Assembly (NCBI GenBank): GCA_040766025.1
Contig: JAXGRH010000005.1
Coordinates: forward strand, 6,443 to 70,442
Length of the DNA stretch: 64,000 nt
Direction of reading: 5' to 3'
Source of the DNA: Clostridia bacterium
GTDB lineage: Bacteria; Bacillota; Clostridia; Saccharofermentanales; DTU023
A model generated the notes under the pieces. That model made no database searches. It was not told where the DNA came from and saw only the letters and a list, made by a program, of their open reading frames with translations. Positions 63,634 to 64,000 of the stretch are shown piece by piece. The translations under genes were made by a program, and so were the position numbers. Numbering within the stretch: position 1 is the stretch's first letter; every line of letters starts with the position of its first letter.

Positions 63634-64000
63634 TTATTTTCCTGCCACAAAGGGCGCTTTCACAACGGTAAAGGGTTGCAGATTTTTTCTGACCTGCACC
63701 TCAACATGAGGAACCTCCGGCGTGTCAATATCGACTAATGCGAAGGCGATGCCTTTTTCTAACACGGGCGAGAACGTCCCAGAGGTGATCACACCCGCTT
63801 TGACGCCTTCCACATAGACTTCATAGCCCTCGCGCGGAATGGCGCGCGTATCGCTTTCAAGCGCGATCTGACGGCGGGTCACCTTATCTTTCATCACGCT
63901 GCCCTGGAATTCGTGCTCAAGGTCGACAAAGAAGCTCATGCCGCCTTCAAGCGCGTTGATTTCAGAGGACATTTCATGCCCGTAAAGCGGCATGCCCGCC
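63634..64000 (-). CDS. gcvT: Aminomethyltransferase (glycine cleavage T protein), C-terminal part; the 5' end lies beyond the window
   Basis: ..MPLYGHEMS..GYEVYVEGVKAGVITSGTFSPVLEKGIAFALV... The ORF is still open at base 64000. Confidence 0.9.
   Translation of the reverse strand, partial: AGMPLYGHEMSSEINALEGGMSFFVDLEHEFQGSVMKDKVTRRQIALESDTRAIPREGYEVYVEGVKAGVITSGTFSPVLEKGIAFALVDIDTPEVPHVEVQVRKNLQPFTVVKAPFVAGK

Overview
This 64 kb window is a chromosomal core region of a Firmicutes/Clostridia-like bacterium. That placement is inferred from gene content: type-2 IleRS, a split transketolase, PPDK, the remA-gmk-rpoZ and tsaE-tsaB-rimI clusters, a dockerin-bearing autolysin, and near-uniform minus-strand orientation. 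I can support about 60 protein-coding genes. Recognisable genes are rnj, relA, recJ, rpsU, ileS, ppdK, glyQS, rpoZ, gmk, remA, yicC, uvrC, tsaEB/rimI, rplM-rpsI, folC, pcrA, hpf, the F1Fo ATP synthase operon, gap, and gcvT(partial)-H-PA-PB. I saw no rRNA, tRNA, CRISPR array, transposase, integrase or obvious defence island. The most striking property is technical or biological damage. At least 16 genes, including essential single-copy ones (glyQS, atpD, pcrA, uvrC), are frame-broken. Every break I could resolve by hand is a 1-nt length change in a homopolymer, and the breaks cluster in patches. I read this as uncorrected consensus indels rather than genome decay, so those loci are typed as pseudogene only in the formal sense. 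Biological observations worth a second look:
- An F1Fo operon in canonical order with no delta (atpH) gene and atypical alpha, gamma and epsilon subunits.
- A full-length threonine-synthase homologue in which all PLP-site motifs are degenerate.
- A roughly 6.5 kb operon (split transketolase, SCP2-like protein, long Zn-ADH, tandem-HTH MerR protein, ALDH) with a perfect 21-bp palindrome at its predicted promoter.
- An IspF-like protein missing one Zn ligand.
- An HPr-like gene without a His15 codon.
- A metallophosphoesterase whose first catalytic motif lies upstream of any canonical start codon.
- A GH73 autolysin carrying a dockerin.
I found no convincing new multi-gene system of the defence or mobile type. 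All calls rest on manual reading of the translations. No database search was run.
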